DNA of 61,666 bases, filler included, from an uncultured bacterium (GCA_964637655.1; 6 parts of 6 records of this genome joined end to end with filler, not necessarily neighbours in it); one strand, 5' to 3'. Shown: positions 9,692-19,452, counted from the first letter of the whole stretch. Notes: generated by a model from the sequence alone, not told the origin. Program-made: numbers and translations.

Positions 9692-10126
9692 CTACCGGCC
9701 GCAGCGACCGCGCCGCTGCCGCCCCGGGCCGCACTCGCGCAGCGCACTCCCCGTGGCCCCGCACTTCGGGCAGGCGAGGGTCGGGGCATCGGCACAACGC
9801 CACTGATGTCCGCAGGCGGGACAGCAGCAATTCCCGGTCACTTCGACCGCCCCCCCCTCGATGCGCAACGCCTTGCCATTGACCAGCGCATCCGCGATCT
9901 TTTTGTGCGCCGCGGTGATGATGTTGCCGAAGGTCGGGCGCGACACCTGCATCCGTTCCGCCGCCTGCTCCTGATACAGTTCCTCGAGGTCGGCCAGCCG
10001 CACCGCTTCGAGTTCATCGAGGGTCAACGTCACCTCGTCGAGACCGCCCAGCGGGATGCCGCGCGGCTTGAAATAGGTCGCCTGCGGCGGGCAGCCCACC
10101 CGTCGCGGCATCGTCGGTCGCACCAT
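9692..10126 (-). CDS. DUF134 DNA-binding protein with C-terminal Cys ribbon
   Basis: YFKPRG, ELEAVRLAD, QEQAAERMQVSRPTF, KIADALVNGKALRIEGG; CPAC..CPKC tail; GGAGGAG RBS. Confidence 0.92.
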   Translation of the reverse strand: MVRPTMPRRVGCPPQATYFKPRGIPLGGLDEVTLTLDELEAVRLADLEELYQEQAAERMQVSRPTFGNIITAAHKKIADALVNGKALRIEGGAVEVTGNCCCPACGHQWRCADAPTLACPKCGATGSALRECGPGRQRRGRCGR

Positions 10127-10239
10127 AGTTCTTCTCCTCCGTGTGTGCCAGCGCGCAGCTATCCAGCCACACGCGTATCTTTTTAACCACCCACACCCTG
10201 CCCACACCCCCCCTCGGGGGGGGAGGGGGGTTGGCTTCC

Positions 10240-10339
10240 NNNNNNNNNNNNNNNNNNNNNNNNNNNNNNNNNNNNNNNNNNNNTTAATTAATTAANNNNN
10301 NNNNNNNNNNNNNNNNNNNNNNNNNNNNNNNNNNNNNNN
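10240..10339. other. Artificial contig linker
   Basis: N-run with TTAATTAATTAA (stops in six frames). Confidence 0.99.
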
Positions 10340-10614
10340 GGGCGTTCCTGCCCGACGCCATTGTGCCGTCGCACACCACCATCATTGTTTCGAGCGCCGA
10401 CACACCCTGAGCCAGCGTCAGGCCAGGCAGCCGCGGATGTCTGGCCATGGGGACAGGTCGAAACTGCACGTCTTCAAGCAATGGTCTGCGTTGCGGTACC
10501 ACTATCCTTGTCACCTCAGGCATCCACACATAGCACAATTTGTGATAAGTTCCATCATGCCCCGCCGGGAGGATGTCACAAGTTGCGCTATTCTCTCCCG
10601 TTCAATGTTCATCA

Positions 10615-10754
10615 CGTACCTCCGGCAGAATCAGCATGGCATCTCCGTACGAATAGAATCGGTACCCCGCGCCGACCGCATGGCGGTAGGCCGCGAGGAT
10701 GCGCTCGCGCCCGGCAAGTGCGCTCACCAGCATCAGCAGGGACGAGCGCGGCAG
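10615..10754 (-). pseudogene. queA': Duplicated 3' end of queA (direct repeat of 12015-12154)
   Basis: 140 bp ungapped, 11 mismatches counted by eye, offset exactly 1400 bp; encodes [12 protein letters not shown]...[12 protein letters not shown]. Confidence 0.92.
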
Positions 10755-10810
10755 GCGCAGCACGCCCGTCCGCCACGGCTGTTCGCCGATTGTTTTCGGT
10801 GTAAACAGCA

Positions 10811-11470
10811 TCACCACTCCACTCCTTCTGTTGTGCTTGCCAATCTGCCGATGACCGCGGGGTCATCAATGCGCATCGGCGACGAGCGAATCGTAATGTT
10901 ATGCCATCTGCACGATTGATCATCGACGTTTGACGCCAGCGAATATCCGACCCGAAACTCAACTGAATTTAACCCAGCAATAGTGTCCGGCCAGTTAAAA
11001 GATTTCAAATTTAATTTCACAGAATATGCATCCGAATCCAAATATGCATACGAATCCAACCGGAAATAGTATTGATCCATTGGGATCATGGCACCGGGTT
11101 GAACAACGCGATTGGTTTGCACTCCCGGACCAACCCCAAGCTGGATTCCCAAGCGATTCCATACTGTCAGCCATCCTGTTTCGCTTTTCATCTCAAACCA
11201 GACATCTTCGTACGTGCCGACAAAGTAGTCGTTATATCCGACCGCTTCAGTACAGCCGTTGCGGATCCTGCAGACCACCGTCAGCGACGCCGTATCGAGT
11301 TCAGCGTGCATCTGCAATCCTTCGACCAGCTCGCCCCACTGCGGGTCTTCACTGTCAGGGCGGGGAGTCGTCACCATGTCTGATGCCGCCGGCTGCGCGC
11401 TCGCAGGCAGCCAGTATACGACCGGCATCATACACGCGAGCATCGCGCCGATCAGCAGACGCAGTTTCAT
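10811..11470 (-). CDS. Hypothetical exported protein, lower GC
   Basis: Signal-peptide-like N-terminus, ATGA coupling to ORF6N gene, AT-richer codon usage. Confidence 0.7.
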   Translation of the reverse strand: MKLRLLIGAMLACMMPVVYWLPASAQPAASDMVTTPRPDSEDPQWGELVEGLQMHAELDTASLTVVCRIRNGCTEAVGYNDYFVGTYEDVWFEMKSETGWLTVWNRLGIQLGVGPGVQTNRVVQPGAMIPMDQYYFRLDSYAYLDSDAYSVKLNLKSFNWPDTIAGLNSVEFRVGYSLASNVDDQSCRWHNITIRSSPMRIDDPAVIGRLASTTEGVEW

Positions 11471-12009
11471 CGCGTTCTCCGGGCGCGATAGGATGCCGTG
11501 CGTTCACTCACCCGAAAGCCGATGCGCCGGCGCGGCGCAGCGGGAGGGGCAATCATCTCACGCAGAGCGTCAAACACCACCTTAAATTGCGCGTCATACT
11601 TTTTCTCCAACGCTGCCAGCTTGCGGGCCAGGACGGCATGCGTCGCCAGCATCTGGCGCAACTGCACGAACACCCGCATGATGGCGATGTTCACCTGCAC
11701 CGCGCGCGGACTGTGCAGCACTCCGGAAAGCATCGCAATCCCTTGTTCAGTGAAGGCATAGACACGCGGGGCGTGCTTCATGCGCGACGAACTTATCACA
11801 AATTGTGATAAGTTCATTATCTCTTCACGGGTCAGCGCAAACATAAAATCGTCAGGAAAACGCTCGCGATTGCGCTTTACCGCCTGATTGAGCGCACCGG
11901 TCGTCACCCCGTACAGCACCGCCAGATCGCGGTCGAGCATTACCTTCTGCCCGCGCAGGATGAGGATCGACTGCTGGATCCGCTCAAGCGGTATCATCTC
12001 ACATTGCAT
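11467..12009 (-). CDS. ORF6N domain DNA-binding protein
   Basis: ILILRGQKVMLDRDLAVLYGV, LNQAVKRNRERFPDDFMF, AFTEQGIAMLSGVL, RRIGF. Confidence 0.93.
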   Translation of the reverse strand: MQCEMIPLERIQQSILILRGQKVMLDRDLAVLYGVTTGALNQAVKRNRERFPDDFMFALTREEIMNLSQFVISSSRMKHAPRVYAFTEQGIAMLSGVLHSPRAVQVNIAIMRVFVQLRQMLATHAVLARKLAALEKKYDAQFKVVFDALREMIAPPAAPRRRIGFRVSERTASYRARRTR

Positions 12010-13036
12010 CGTTGCGTGCCTCCGGCAGAATCAGCATGGCATCTCCATACGAATAGAACCGGTACTCCGCGTCCACCGCGTGGCGGTAGGCCGCGAGGAT
12101 GTGCTCGCGCCCGGCGAGCGCGCTCACCAGCATCAGCAGTGACGAGCGCGGCAGATGGAAATTCGTCACCATGCCGTCCACTGCCCGCAGTTTCCGCGGC
12201 GGGTGGATGAAAATGTCCGTCCAACCCGTCCCGGCCCGCACCGTGCCGTCGTCCGCCGCAACTGTTTCCAGCGTACGCACCGCGGTGGTGCCGACGGCGA
12301 TGATTGGCCGGCTGGCGCGCCGCGCGGCGTTGACCGCCTCCGCCGCGGCCGGCGTCACCTCGTACCACTCCGCCTCGAGCCGCTGCCCGGCCACCTCACC
12401 TTCCTGCAGCGGGCGGAACGTGCCGAGTCCCGTGTGCAGCGTGACCAGCGTGCAATCGTGTCCCGCAGCACCCAGCGCCTTGATCAGCGCGGGGGTGAAA
12501 TGCAGTCCCGCGGTGGGCGCCGCCACTGCTCCCGTCACCCGCGCGTACACCGTCTGATAGCGCTCGCGGTCAGACGGTTCCTCCTCGCGCTTGAGGTACG
12601 GCGGCAGCGGCATCTCGCCACAGCGTTCCGCGTAGGCGGCGATGTCGCCGTCGAACCGCACCTCGCGTTCACCCGTCGGGCGCACCGCGACGATGGTGCC
12701 GGACGGGCCGCCCGCCCACTGCAGCACGCGGCCGGGTTTCAGCTTGCGCCCGGGCTTGCCCAGGCAGAGCCACGTCCCTTCCGGCAGCGGGCGGACCAGA
12801 AACAGTTCGCCGCTGCCGTCGGCGGGGGGCAGCCGCAGTCGGGCCGGCCGCACGCGCGTGTCGTTGAACACGAGCAGCGCGCGCGGCGGCAGCAGCTGCG
12901 GCAGTTCGGCAAACGACGCGTCCGCCAGCCGCCCGCCGGCGTGCAGCACCAGCAGACGCGAGCCGTCGCGCACCGCGGCGGGATACGCCGCGATGCGCCC
13001 CGGCGGCAGAGCGTAGTCGAAGTCCTCAGTCCGCAT
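11999..13036 (-). CDS. queA: SAM:tRNA ribosyltransferase-isomerase
   Basis: DFDYALP, FNDTRV, MPLPPY, YQTVYA, AAPTAGLHF, VGTT, TNFHLPRS, YSYGDAM. Confidence 0.97.
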   Translation of the reverse strand: MRTEDFDYALPPGRIAAYPAAVRDGSRLLVLHAGGRLADASFAELPQLLPPRALLVFNDTRVRPARLRLPPADGSGELFLVRPLPEGTWLCLGKPGRKLKPGRVLQWAGGPSGTIVAVRPTGEREVRFDGDIAAYAERCGEMPLPPYLKREEEPSDRERYQTVYARVTGAVAAPTAGLHFTPALIKALGAAGHDCTLVTLHTGLGTFRPLQEGEVAGQRLEAEWYEVTPAAAEAVNAARRASRPIIAVGTTAVRTLETVAADDGTVRAGTGWTDIFIHPPRKLRAVDGMVTNFHLPRSSLLMLVSALAGREHILAAYRHAVDAEYRFYSYGDAMLILPEARNDAM

Positions 13037-13186
13037 CGCCCCTCCCGCGTGCGCACGACCGTCCCGTGCCGGCCTGCTGGCCGGCACGGCTCCCGGTCGT
13101 CTGCCTGCCCGTCCCCGCCGCAGTCCGGCGGCAGATGCGCCCCCACCCGCTGCGAGCACAGCGGGTGTGTATCGTTCCGGCAGTTC

Positions 13187-13468
13187 CTACTTGATACGCT
13201 CCCGCATGATGCGCCCGGGCTTGAAGATGACCTTCTTGCGCTCCGGGATGTCGACCGTCTGATTCGTCTTCGGGTTGCGGCCAATGCGCGCGCGGCGCGT
13301 CTTGGTCTGGAACACCCCGAAATTGCGCAGTTCGAGCTTGCGCCCCTGCGCCAGCGCCGAGATGATCTCGTCGAAGAGTTTCTCGATCACCGCGTGCACC
13401 TGGGTCTGCTTGAGCCCGAGTTCCGCGGCGATATGCATCACCATATCGCGTTTCCTGACACTGCTCAT
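13187..13468 (-). CDS. HU/IHF family DNA-binding protein
   Basis: LELRNFGVF, RIGRNPKT, FKPG. Confidence 0.95.
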   Translation of the reverse strand: MSSVRKRDMVMHIAAELGLKQTQVHAVIEKLFDEIISALAQGRKLELRNFGVFQTKTRRARIGRNPKTNQTVDIPERKKVIFKPGRIMRERIK

Positions 13469-13489
13469 ATGTCATTCCTCCTTGCCGGC

Positions 13490-13903
13490 CTATGCCGGCG
13501 TCGTGGTATCTGTCAGTGCCGGCGCGGGCGCACCGCCCGCTTCCCCGAGCACCTTGCGTATCTTGCTGACCACCTGACTGATTTCGAACGGCTTGATGAC
13601 GTAATCGCACGCCCCGAGCTTGATGGCGCGCAGAATATCCTCCTGATTGCCGCGCGCGGTGAACATGATGACGGGTATGGCGCGCACGGCCACATCCTCC
13701 TTGAGCGCCTGAAGAATGGCAAACCCGTCGGCATTGGGCATAACGATGTCGAGCAGAATGAGGTCGGGACGCTGCACCCCGGCCGTCACCATCCCCTCCT
13801 CGCCCGTCGCCGCCTCGAGCACCTCGTAGCCGAAGCGCTTGAGATTGAACGTGACCACCGTGCGGATATAGCGCGAGTCGTCGATGACGAGAATCTTCGC
13901 CAT
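13490..13903 (-). CDS. Single-domain response regulator
   Basis: ILVIDD, PDLILLDIVMP, FTA, YVIKPF. Confidence 0.93.
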   Translation of the reverse strand: MAKILVIDDSRYIRTVVTFNLKRFGYEVLEAATGEEGMVTAGVQRPDLILLDIVMPNADGFAILQALKEDVAVRAIPVIMFTARGNQEDILRAIKLGACDYVIKPFEISQVVSKIRKVLGEAGGAPAPALTDTTTPA

Positions 13904-13904
13904 G

Positions 13905-14897
13905 TCAGTTCTCCCGCGCCGCCAGCAGCAGCACGCGACCCGCCTCCGTCGCCAGCAGCTGCGCGCGCTGGCGCTGTCCCGCGACGGTCAGTTCCCGTTC
14001 GCTGTCCGCCGACGACGCGAACGCCGCCAGTTCCGGCGACAGGCGCTGCAGCACCTCCGCCAGCGGCTCGCCCATCACCGTGTCGCGTTCACTGCGCAGC
14101 AGGCGCAGAAACGCCTCATTGACCACGCTCACCGCGCCCTGCGCGTCGCCGCCGACAATGGCACACGGCAGCGCCTCGACAATCCCCTCCAGCTGCGCGA
14201 AGTTCGCCGCCAGCGCGTCGTAGGCGGCGAGCATGGTGTCCTCCTTCTCCTGCAGGTTGCCCATCAGTTCGTTGAACGCCTCCGCCAGGCGTCCGACCTC
14301 GTCGCGGCGCTCGACCGGGCAGCGCGTGCTGAGGTCGCCCCCCTGGATGCGCTGCACGTTCTGTGCGAGCCGCAGCAGCGGCTGCAGCAGGTGGATGATG
14401 AGCAGCGAGATGAGCAGCACCCCGAGCGAGACAACGAGCAGCGCCCCGTAGAACAGGTTGCGGCGCAGCAGCGCGAGGCGCCGGGCAAAATCGCCCGCAT
14501 CAAGCGCGATGGCGAGGTAGGCGGTCGCCCCGCCCGGGCCGGCGATGCTGCGCACGCTGGTATGGTCGCCGGCACGCAGGGTGCCGACGGTCACCGGGCG
14601 CACCCCGTCGGCACTGACCCGCAGGTAGCTGACCGCCTGCCCCGCGTACTCCTGTTCGAGCACCGCCTGCAGTTCCGCGCGCCACGCCTCCGCACCGCGC
14701 CCCGCCGCGCGCCCGGCCGCCGCGGCAATGTGCGACGTGACGAGTTCCGCCTGCCGCGCGGCAAACTCCTCCTGCTGTCCCGTCAGTTCGTCCGCCACAT
14801 AGGCGAAGGTCATCAGCGCCATCAGTCCGAGCACGATGACGAGAAAGAGTCCCATCTTGTCCGCGATGGTCAGGTTGCGCAGCAGGTCCTTGTGCAT
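13905..14897 (-). CDS. Membrane HAMP + PAS-like sensor lacking an output domain
   Basis: Two TMs, HAMP (PLLRLAQ..GDLS..RRDEVGRLAEAFNELM), PAS-like C-terminus, no H-box. Confidence 0.75.
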   Translation of the reverse strand: MHKDLLRNLTIADKMGLFLVIVLGLMALMTFAYVADELTGQQEEFAARQAELVTSHIAAAAGRAAGRGAEAWRAELQAVLEQEYAGQAVSYLRVSADGVRPVTVGTLRAGDHTSVRSIAGPGGATAYLAIALDAGDFARRLALLRRNLFYGALLVVSLGVLLISLLIIHLLQPLLRLAQNVQRIQGGDLSTRCPVERRDEVGRLAEAFNELMGNLQEKEDTMLAAYDALAANFAQLEGIVEALPCAIVGGDAQGAVSVVNEAFLRLLRSERDTVMGEPLAEVLQRLSPELAAFASSADSERELTVAGQRQRAQLLATEAGRVLLLAAREN

Positions 14898-14906
14898 GTC
14901 TCGCTC

Positions 14907-15323
14907 CTACGGGTGGCGTGCGCCGATGCCGCACACCGAATGGGCCGCTGCGGTCAGCAGCAGCCAGCAGGTCCAGGTCCAGAGCAACAGCGGTTCCGCC
15001 AGCGCCCCGAATCCCGCGTATTCCTGCCACAGATGACGGTACTCGAACGTATTGAACAGCCGGATGACGTGCACCGCGCGGTCCGGCCCCGACACGACAT
15101 GCGCGACGGGATGGTCAGGCCAGGCGAAATAGACCGCGAGGGTCAGTCCCGCCATCATCACCCAGCCGCCACGCACCAGATGCATGCCGCCGCGCCGCAG
15201 GGGGTAGGGCAGCGCCAGCCAGCCGCCGCGCCCGCGCGCCGACAGCAGCGCCAGCAGCAGCGCGAGGATGAAGGCCGGGAGCGCCAGCTGCAGCAGCCGG
15301 AACACCATCGTCTCCGCCGTCAC
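14907..15323 (-). CDS. Hypothetical membrane protein
   Basis: Three hydrophobic segments; fills the operon gap. Confidence 0.55.
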   Translation of the reverse strand: MTAETMVFRLLQLALPAFILALLLALLSARGRGGWLALPYPLRRGGMHLVRGGWVMMAGLTLAVYFAWPDHPVAHVVSGPDRAVHVIRLFNTFEYRHLWQEYAGFGALAEPLLLWTWTCWLLLTAAAHSVCGIGARHP

Positions 15324-16492
15324 TGGCGCGCCCCGACGAGCAGCCAGCGGTCGTCCTTCGCGTCGGCGGTTTCCCGGCGGAAGGTGAGCAGTTCGCTCCC
15401 CTTGACTTCGCGTGCCGTGCCCGCCCCGGTATACGTCAGCGTATAGTCATACGACAGTTCCGCACGGTTGCCGCTGAACGTCACTCCCGTCTTGCCCGGG
15501 GCAATGCGGATATCCGCCGCCCGCGCGAAGAACTGCGCCTGCCGCTGCCGCAGCCCGTCGCGCGTCTCGCCATCCGCGCCGCGGTAGTCGTCTCCCACCA
15601 GTTCCATGAACGCGTCGAGATCCTCGCGACGGAAAGCGTCGAGCAGCAGGCGGAAGGTGTCGCGCACCGCGTACTCGAGATTGCCGTCGAGCCGCGCCCG
15701 CACGTTGCGCTGGTAGCGTTCCGCCCCGACCTCGGGAGTGGCGTTCTGCGCGAGATGGTATTTGGCCACCACCGCCGGCACGCGCTCGATGCGGTCGCTC
15801 ATCGCCGGGTGGGTGGCCAGCCAGACGAGAAAACGCGGCGTCTCGCCGTGTTCCTCGAGCAGTTTGCGGAAAAAGACCTCCATGCGGAAAGGGTCGTAGC
15901 CCGCGTGTGCGCTGTAGTAGAGCCCGAGCTGGTCCGCCTGGTACTCGTCGCCGCGGCTGTAGCCGAGCAGCATAAGCTGGAAGGCGATGTCGGCGTACTG
16001 CGCGATCTCGTCGCGGTACTCGCTGTCGGAATTGTAGTAGATGATGCTGGCGGCAACGGTATAGCCGAGCGCCGTCTGCAGCCGCTTGACGCTGTGGAAC
16101 GCGCAGACATGCCCGATCTCGTGCGCCATGACCGACGCCAGTTCCGCCTCGTCATCGCAGCGTTCGAGCAGGCCGCGGGTGACAAAGATGAAGCCGCCGG
16201 GCGCGGCAAAGGCGTTGACCTCGGGCGTATCGAGCGCGCGGAAGGTGTACGACAGGTCGCGGCGGTCGCAGACCGCGACGAGGCGCGCGCCCACCTCGCC
16301 GAGATAGGCGTTGATCCCCTCGTCCTCGAGCCGCCCGTACTCCGCCTCGACCTTCTCCGCCACCTGCCGGCCAAGCGACACCTCCCACGACTGCGGCACG
16401 AGAATGACGCCGCGCGTGATGCCGCTGTCGGTGGTGGCACACCCTGCCAGCAGCGCGAGCAGCAGCAGGGCGGCGAGGCGGCGGCGCAGCAT
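15320..16492 (-). CDS. M48 family metallopeptidase lipoprotein with C-terminal NTF2-like domain
   Basis: LLAGC lipobox, NAFAAPGG, HEIGH, EYQADQLG, THP. Confidence 0.9.
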   Translation of the reverse strand: MLRRRLAALLLLALLAGCATTDSGITRGVILVPQSWEVSLGRQVAEKVEAEYGRLEDEGINAYLGEVGARLVAVCDRRDLSYTFRALDTPEVNAFAAPGGFIFVTRGLLERCDDEAELASVMAHEIGHVCAFHSVKRLQTALGYTVAASIIYYNSDSEYRDEIAQYADIAFQLMLLGYSRGDEYQADQLGLYYSAHAGYDPFRMEVFFRKLLEEHGETPRFLVWLATHPAMSDRIERVPAVVAKYHLAQNATPEVGAERYQRNVRARLDGNLEYAVRDTFRLLLDAFRREDLDAFMELVGDDYRGADGETRDGLRQRQAQFFARAADIRIAPGKTGVTFSGNRAELSYDYTLTYTGAGTAREVKGSELLTFRRETADAKDDRWLLVGARQ

Positions 16493-17572
16493 TTAGCGCG
16501 TGTACTCCACTTTGGTCAGTTCCGCGGTGAAGGCGCCGACCGCGATGCGGCTTTCCAGTTTCACCGGGATGTGCCGGTGGTCGTTGGTCACCCACATATT
16601 GATCTGCCCGCGCGAGCGGAACGCCCCCTGGAACTTGAGCAGCGGCGTCACCAGCAGGCAGGGCATCTGCGTGCCGCTCACCGTGATCACCTCGAGCTTG
16701 AGCACGCGCACCACCATGTCGTACAGTTTGCGCCCGTCGTAGCAGGGGATGGTAAAGGTGCTGCCGACCTGCAGGTTCTGCGCCCGCACGTAGTACATGG
16801 CGGAGAGCACATCCTGCGTGTAGGCGGGGATATCCTCAAAGCTGCCGTCGGGCTTCTTCAGGCGGTGCGCGCGCTGGTCGAACTCGAAGATTTCCGTTTT
16901 GCGTTCGCTCGACTCGTCGATATGCTTCTCGTAGCGCCATGAGAAGAGCCCGGCGCGGTCGATATAGGAGACGAGGCGGTCGCGCATGCGGTACATCCAC
17001 TCGATACCGCTCGCCGTGCGTGCCTCCGAGACAATCTGGTAGCACGGACGCCCGTTGTAATTCGTCTCGTTGACCGTCATGGTGAAATGCCCCGCGGTGA
17101 TGCCGAGATAACTGACCGCGTAGGTCAGGCGCTCCCCCGCGCGGAAGGCATTGTTGTTGTTGACCGTGCGGAACGAGGTCGTCTGGGCAGGACGCGCCGG
17201 GACAGGCGCCGGGCGCGCGGGGGTCGGGGCGGGACGTGCGACCGCCACCGGGCGCGTCTCGGCTGCTGGTGCCGGCTGTGTCTCCGCCGCTGCCACCACC
17301 GCCGCTGTAGCAGTATCCACCGCCACCGCCTGTGCCGCGCTGTCCGCGGCGGCAGCCGCCGGGCCGGCAACCACGACCCCGGTATCCTCTGCGGCCGGCA
17401 GCACCGTCGCCGTATCGGTCAGATCGTCCGGAATTACCAGATGTATTTCATCCTCGGGATGGTCCTGCCAGAAACTGAACGGGTGGCGGAAGAACTTCGC
17501 GATGGCACTGCACCCGCCCAGTTGCAGCGCGAGGGCCAGCACCAGCAGGATCAGCACGGTTTTTTTCAGCAT
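16493..17572 (-). CDS. DUF3108 domain (lipo)protein
   Basis: LGGC lipobox-like, Ala/Pro linker, GERLTY, QDVLSAMYYVR, WVTND..HIPVK. Confidence 0.8.
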   Translation of the reverse strand: MLKKTVLILLVLALALQLGGCSAIAKFFRHPFSFWQDHPEDEIHLVIPDDLTDTATVLPAAEDTGVVVAGPAAAAADSAAQAVAVDTATAAVVAAAETQPAPAAETRPVAVARPAPTPARPAPVPARPAQTTSFRTVNNNNAFRAGERLTYAVSYLGITAGHFTMTVNETNYNGRPCYQIVSEARTASGIEWMYRMRDRLVSYIDRAGLFSWRYEKHIDESSERKTEIFEFDQRAHRLKKPDGSFEDIPAYTQDVLSAMYYVRAQNLQVGSTFTIPCYDGRKLYDMVVRVLKLEVITVSGTQMPCLLVTPLLKFQGAFRSRGQINMWVTNDHRHIPVKLESRIAVGAFTAELTKVEYTR

Positions 17573-17573
17573 G

Positions 17574-19175
17574 TCAACGCTCCTTTGCGGCCGGCAGCGG
17601 CGCTACCAGCCGCAGCCATTCGCCTTCCCACTGTTCCTGCTGCGCGGGAGCGAGCAGGTACGGTTCCGCATCGGTCACGGTATCGACCGGGAGCGGGTTG
17701 CGCCACTCCCAGCGCGGGCTCTCGACGGACCCGAGCGCCTGCCAGCGTGCGGCAACCGCGCGTCCCGGCGGCAGGTCGAGCCCGCTATGTTCGGCAATGC
17801 GGGCCGCGCCCGCGCGCAGCGGCAGCGCCGTCACCTCGACGTCGAGATTCCCCGCCGCGCTGCGCTGACCCGTGGCCACGATAATCAGGTTCGGATTGCG
17901 CGCCTGCACCGCGAGCCGCAGGAAACGCGGCGTCGCCTTGAGTTCGCCCGCGCAGGCGGCCGCGGCAAACGTGCGCGGCGGCAGTTCCGTCCAAAGCGCG
18001 TTGAAATTCTCCCAGGCCGCGGGAAACGCCAGTGTCAGCGAGTCGCCCGCCCAGCGCGCCTCGCCTTCCAGCGTGCGCGTCGCTCCCCAGCCGGTAATGG
18101 TCGCGCGCACTGTGGCGTCGACGGTGCCGGCTACCGCGCCCTCCGGCAGTGGCGCAACCTGCCTGAGCAGCGTGGCCAGTTCGACACCATGCCCCGTCAG
18201 CAGCAGCCGCGACGCGGCGGGGCTGTCAGCCGCCGCATGCGTCCATGAGCCCTCCCACGCGCCGTTCCCCTGCTCGAGGCGCAACGGGGCGAGCGCGAGA
18301 CGCTCACCGGGCTGCCACTGCCACAGCGCCTGCAGGCGCCCGAGCGTTGCGCCCGACACATCGCATCCGCCGGCGCGCACATCCCCGGCGAACCCGGTAT
18401 CAGTTGCCGTCACCGTTCCCTCCACCTCGGTGACGCGCAGCGGTTCCTGCACGAGGTCAGCCAGGCGCACCTGCACGGCACTGTCGCCGGAGAGCCAGTC
18501 GAGCGTCAGGTGCGCCGCCTGCAGCACCCGCTCCTCCGCGCGCAGGTCAGCCGCCGCCGTCGTCAGTCGCACCTGCCAGCGCCCGTCGGTACGCGTCAGT
18601 TCTAGTCGCGTCTCGCCACCGGCATGGTAGGCGCGCCAGTCCGCGGTCAGCAGGCCGCGCGCCGCCACCTGTGCCGGCAGGTCGCTCCACTCCGTCGCCG
18701 TCAGCACAACGTTCTGGTAGCGCAGCGCCAGCGAATCCATAGTGCAGGTGAGCATCCCGTCGGCAATGATCATCTCCTGCCAGGGTACCGGGCGCGGCTG
18801 CAGGAAATCGGGATACGCGGTGGCCGCTTCCGCCGGCAGCGGCAAGGTCAGCACCGGGGTCTGCAGGTTGACGCGCGCGAAACGGAGCGCGCGCGCCGCC
18901 ACCGTGGCGCTCCAGTCGATCTGCAGCCGGGCACGGCTCGCCTGCCCGACCGGCGTCGCCGCGCTCCCGAGCGTAATCCCTTCGAGTTGCACCACATCGG
19001 GCCATTCGAACTGCATGCTGCGCACCGCCACGGGTATGCCGCAACCGTTTGACAGTTCAGCCAGCACCCGCCCGCGCACCCACCCGGGCACCTGCAGCAG
19101 TGCTATCCCTATGCCGCAGCAGATGATAAGCGCGACTAAGAGCACCAGTTTCGCCAGCCGTCCGCGTCCACTCAT
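17574..19175 (-). CDS. Membrane-anchored AsmA-like/hypothetical protein
   Basis: N-terminal TM then beta-rich sequence; heads the operon. Confidence 0.5.
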   Translation of the reverse strand: MSGRGRLAKLVLLVALIICCGIGIALLQVPGWVRGRVLAELSNGCGIPVAVRSMQFEWPDVVQLEGITLGSAATPVGQASRARLQIDWSATVAARALRFARVNLQTPVLTLPLPAEAATAYPDFLQPRPVPWQEMIIADGMLTCTMDSLALRYQNVVLTATEWSDLPAQVAARGLLTADWRAYHAGGETRLELTRTDGRWQVRLTTAAADLRAEERVLQAAHLTLDWLSGDSAVQVRLADLVQEPLRVTEVEGTVTATDTGFAGDVRAGGCDVSGATLGRLQALWQWQPGERLALAPLRLEQGNGAWEGSWTHAAADSPAASRLLLTGHGVELATLLRQVAPLPEGAVAGTVDATVRATITGWGATRTLEGEARWAGDSLTLAFPAAWENFNALWTELPPRTFAAAACAGELKATPRFLRLAVQARNPNLIIVATGQRSAAGNLDVEVTALPLRAGAARIAEHSGLDLPPGRAVAARWQALGSVESPRWEWRNPLPVDTVTDAEPYLLAPAQQEQWEGEWLRLVAPLPAAKER

Positions 19176-19203
19176 TCGCCAATAACTCCTTACCGACCTA
19201 TGT

Positions 19204-19232
19204 ATTATAGCAAAGACAGGCAAAGCGCGCAA
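19204..19232 (-). promoter_or_regulatory. Sigma70-type promoter
   Basis: TTGCGC-17-TATAAT with extended TG. Confidence 0.6.
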
Positions 19233-19338
19233 GTGGTTGCAGCATGTAACACTCATTTGCGTCAAATGTTATGCTTTTCCCGTCGCTGATGCGGCAGCGC
19301 CGTGCCCGGCGGAAAACAACGTATAACCGTATGCGAGG

Positions 19339-19367
19339 TTGGCTTTTATCGGGAAATGGTGTATACT
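19339..19367 (+). promoter_or_regulatory. tRNA promoter
   Basis: TTGGCT-17-TATACT just upstream of the tRNA. Confidence 0.6.
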
Positions 19368-19375
19368 TGACGCAC

Positions 19376-19452
19376 GCGCCCGTAGCTCAGCTGGATAGAG
19401 CATCGGATTTCTAATCCGATGGTCGCAGGTTCGAATCCTGCCGGGCGCGCCA
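19376..19452 (+). tRNA. tRNA-Arg (anticodon TCT)
   Basis: GCGCCCG acceptor stem, TAGCTCAG D-arm, TCGGA-TTTCTAA-TCCGA anticodon arm, GGTTCGAATCC T-arm, encoded CCA. Confidence 0.97.

Noticed and set aside
10284..10295. Recurring TTAATTAATTAA motif every ~10.3 kb
   Set aside because: Artificial contig-joining linker inside N-runs; adjacency across linkers is not biological
10340..10538. Possible transposase N-terminus at the contig 2 start
   Set aside because: No HUH or DDE motif is recognisable in the short fragment
10615..12154. Diversity-generating retroelement TR/VR pair
   Set aside because: Differences are not adenine-specific and are mostly synonymous; no reverse transcriptase is present
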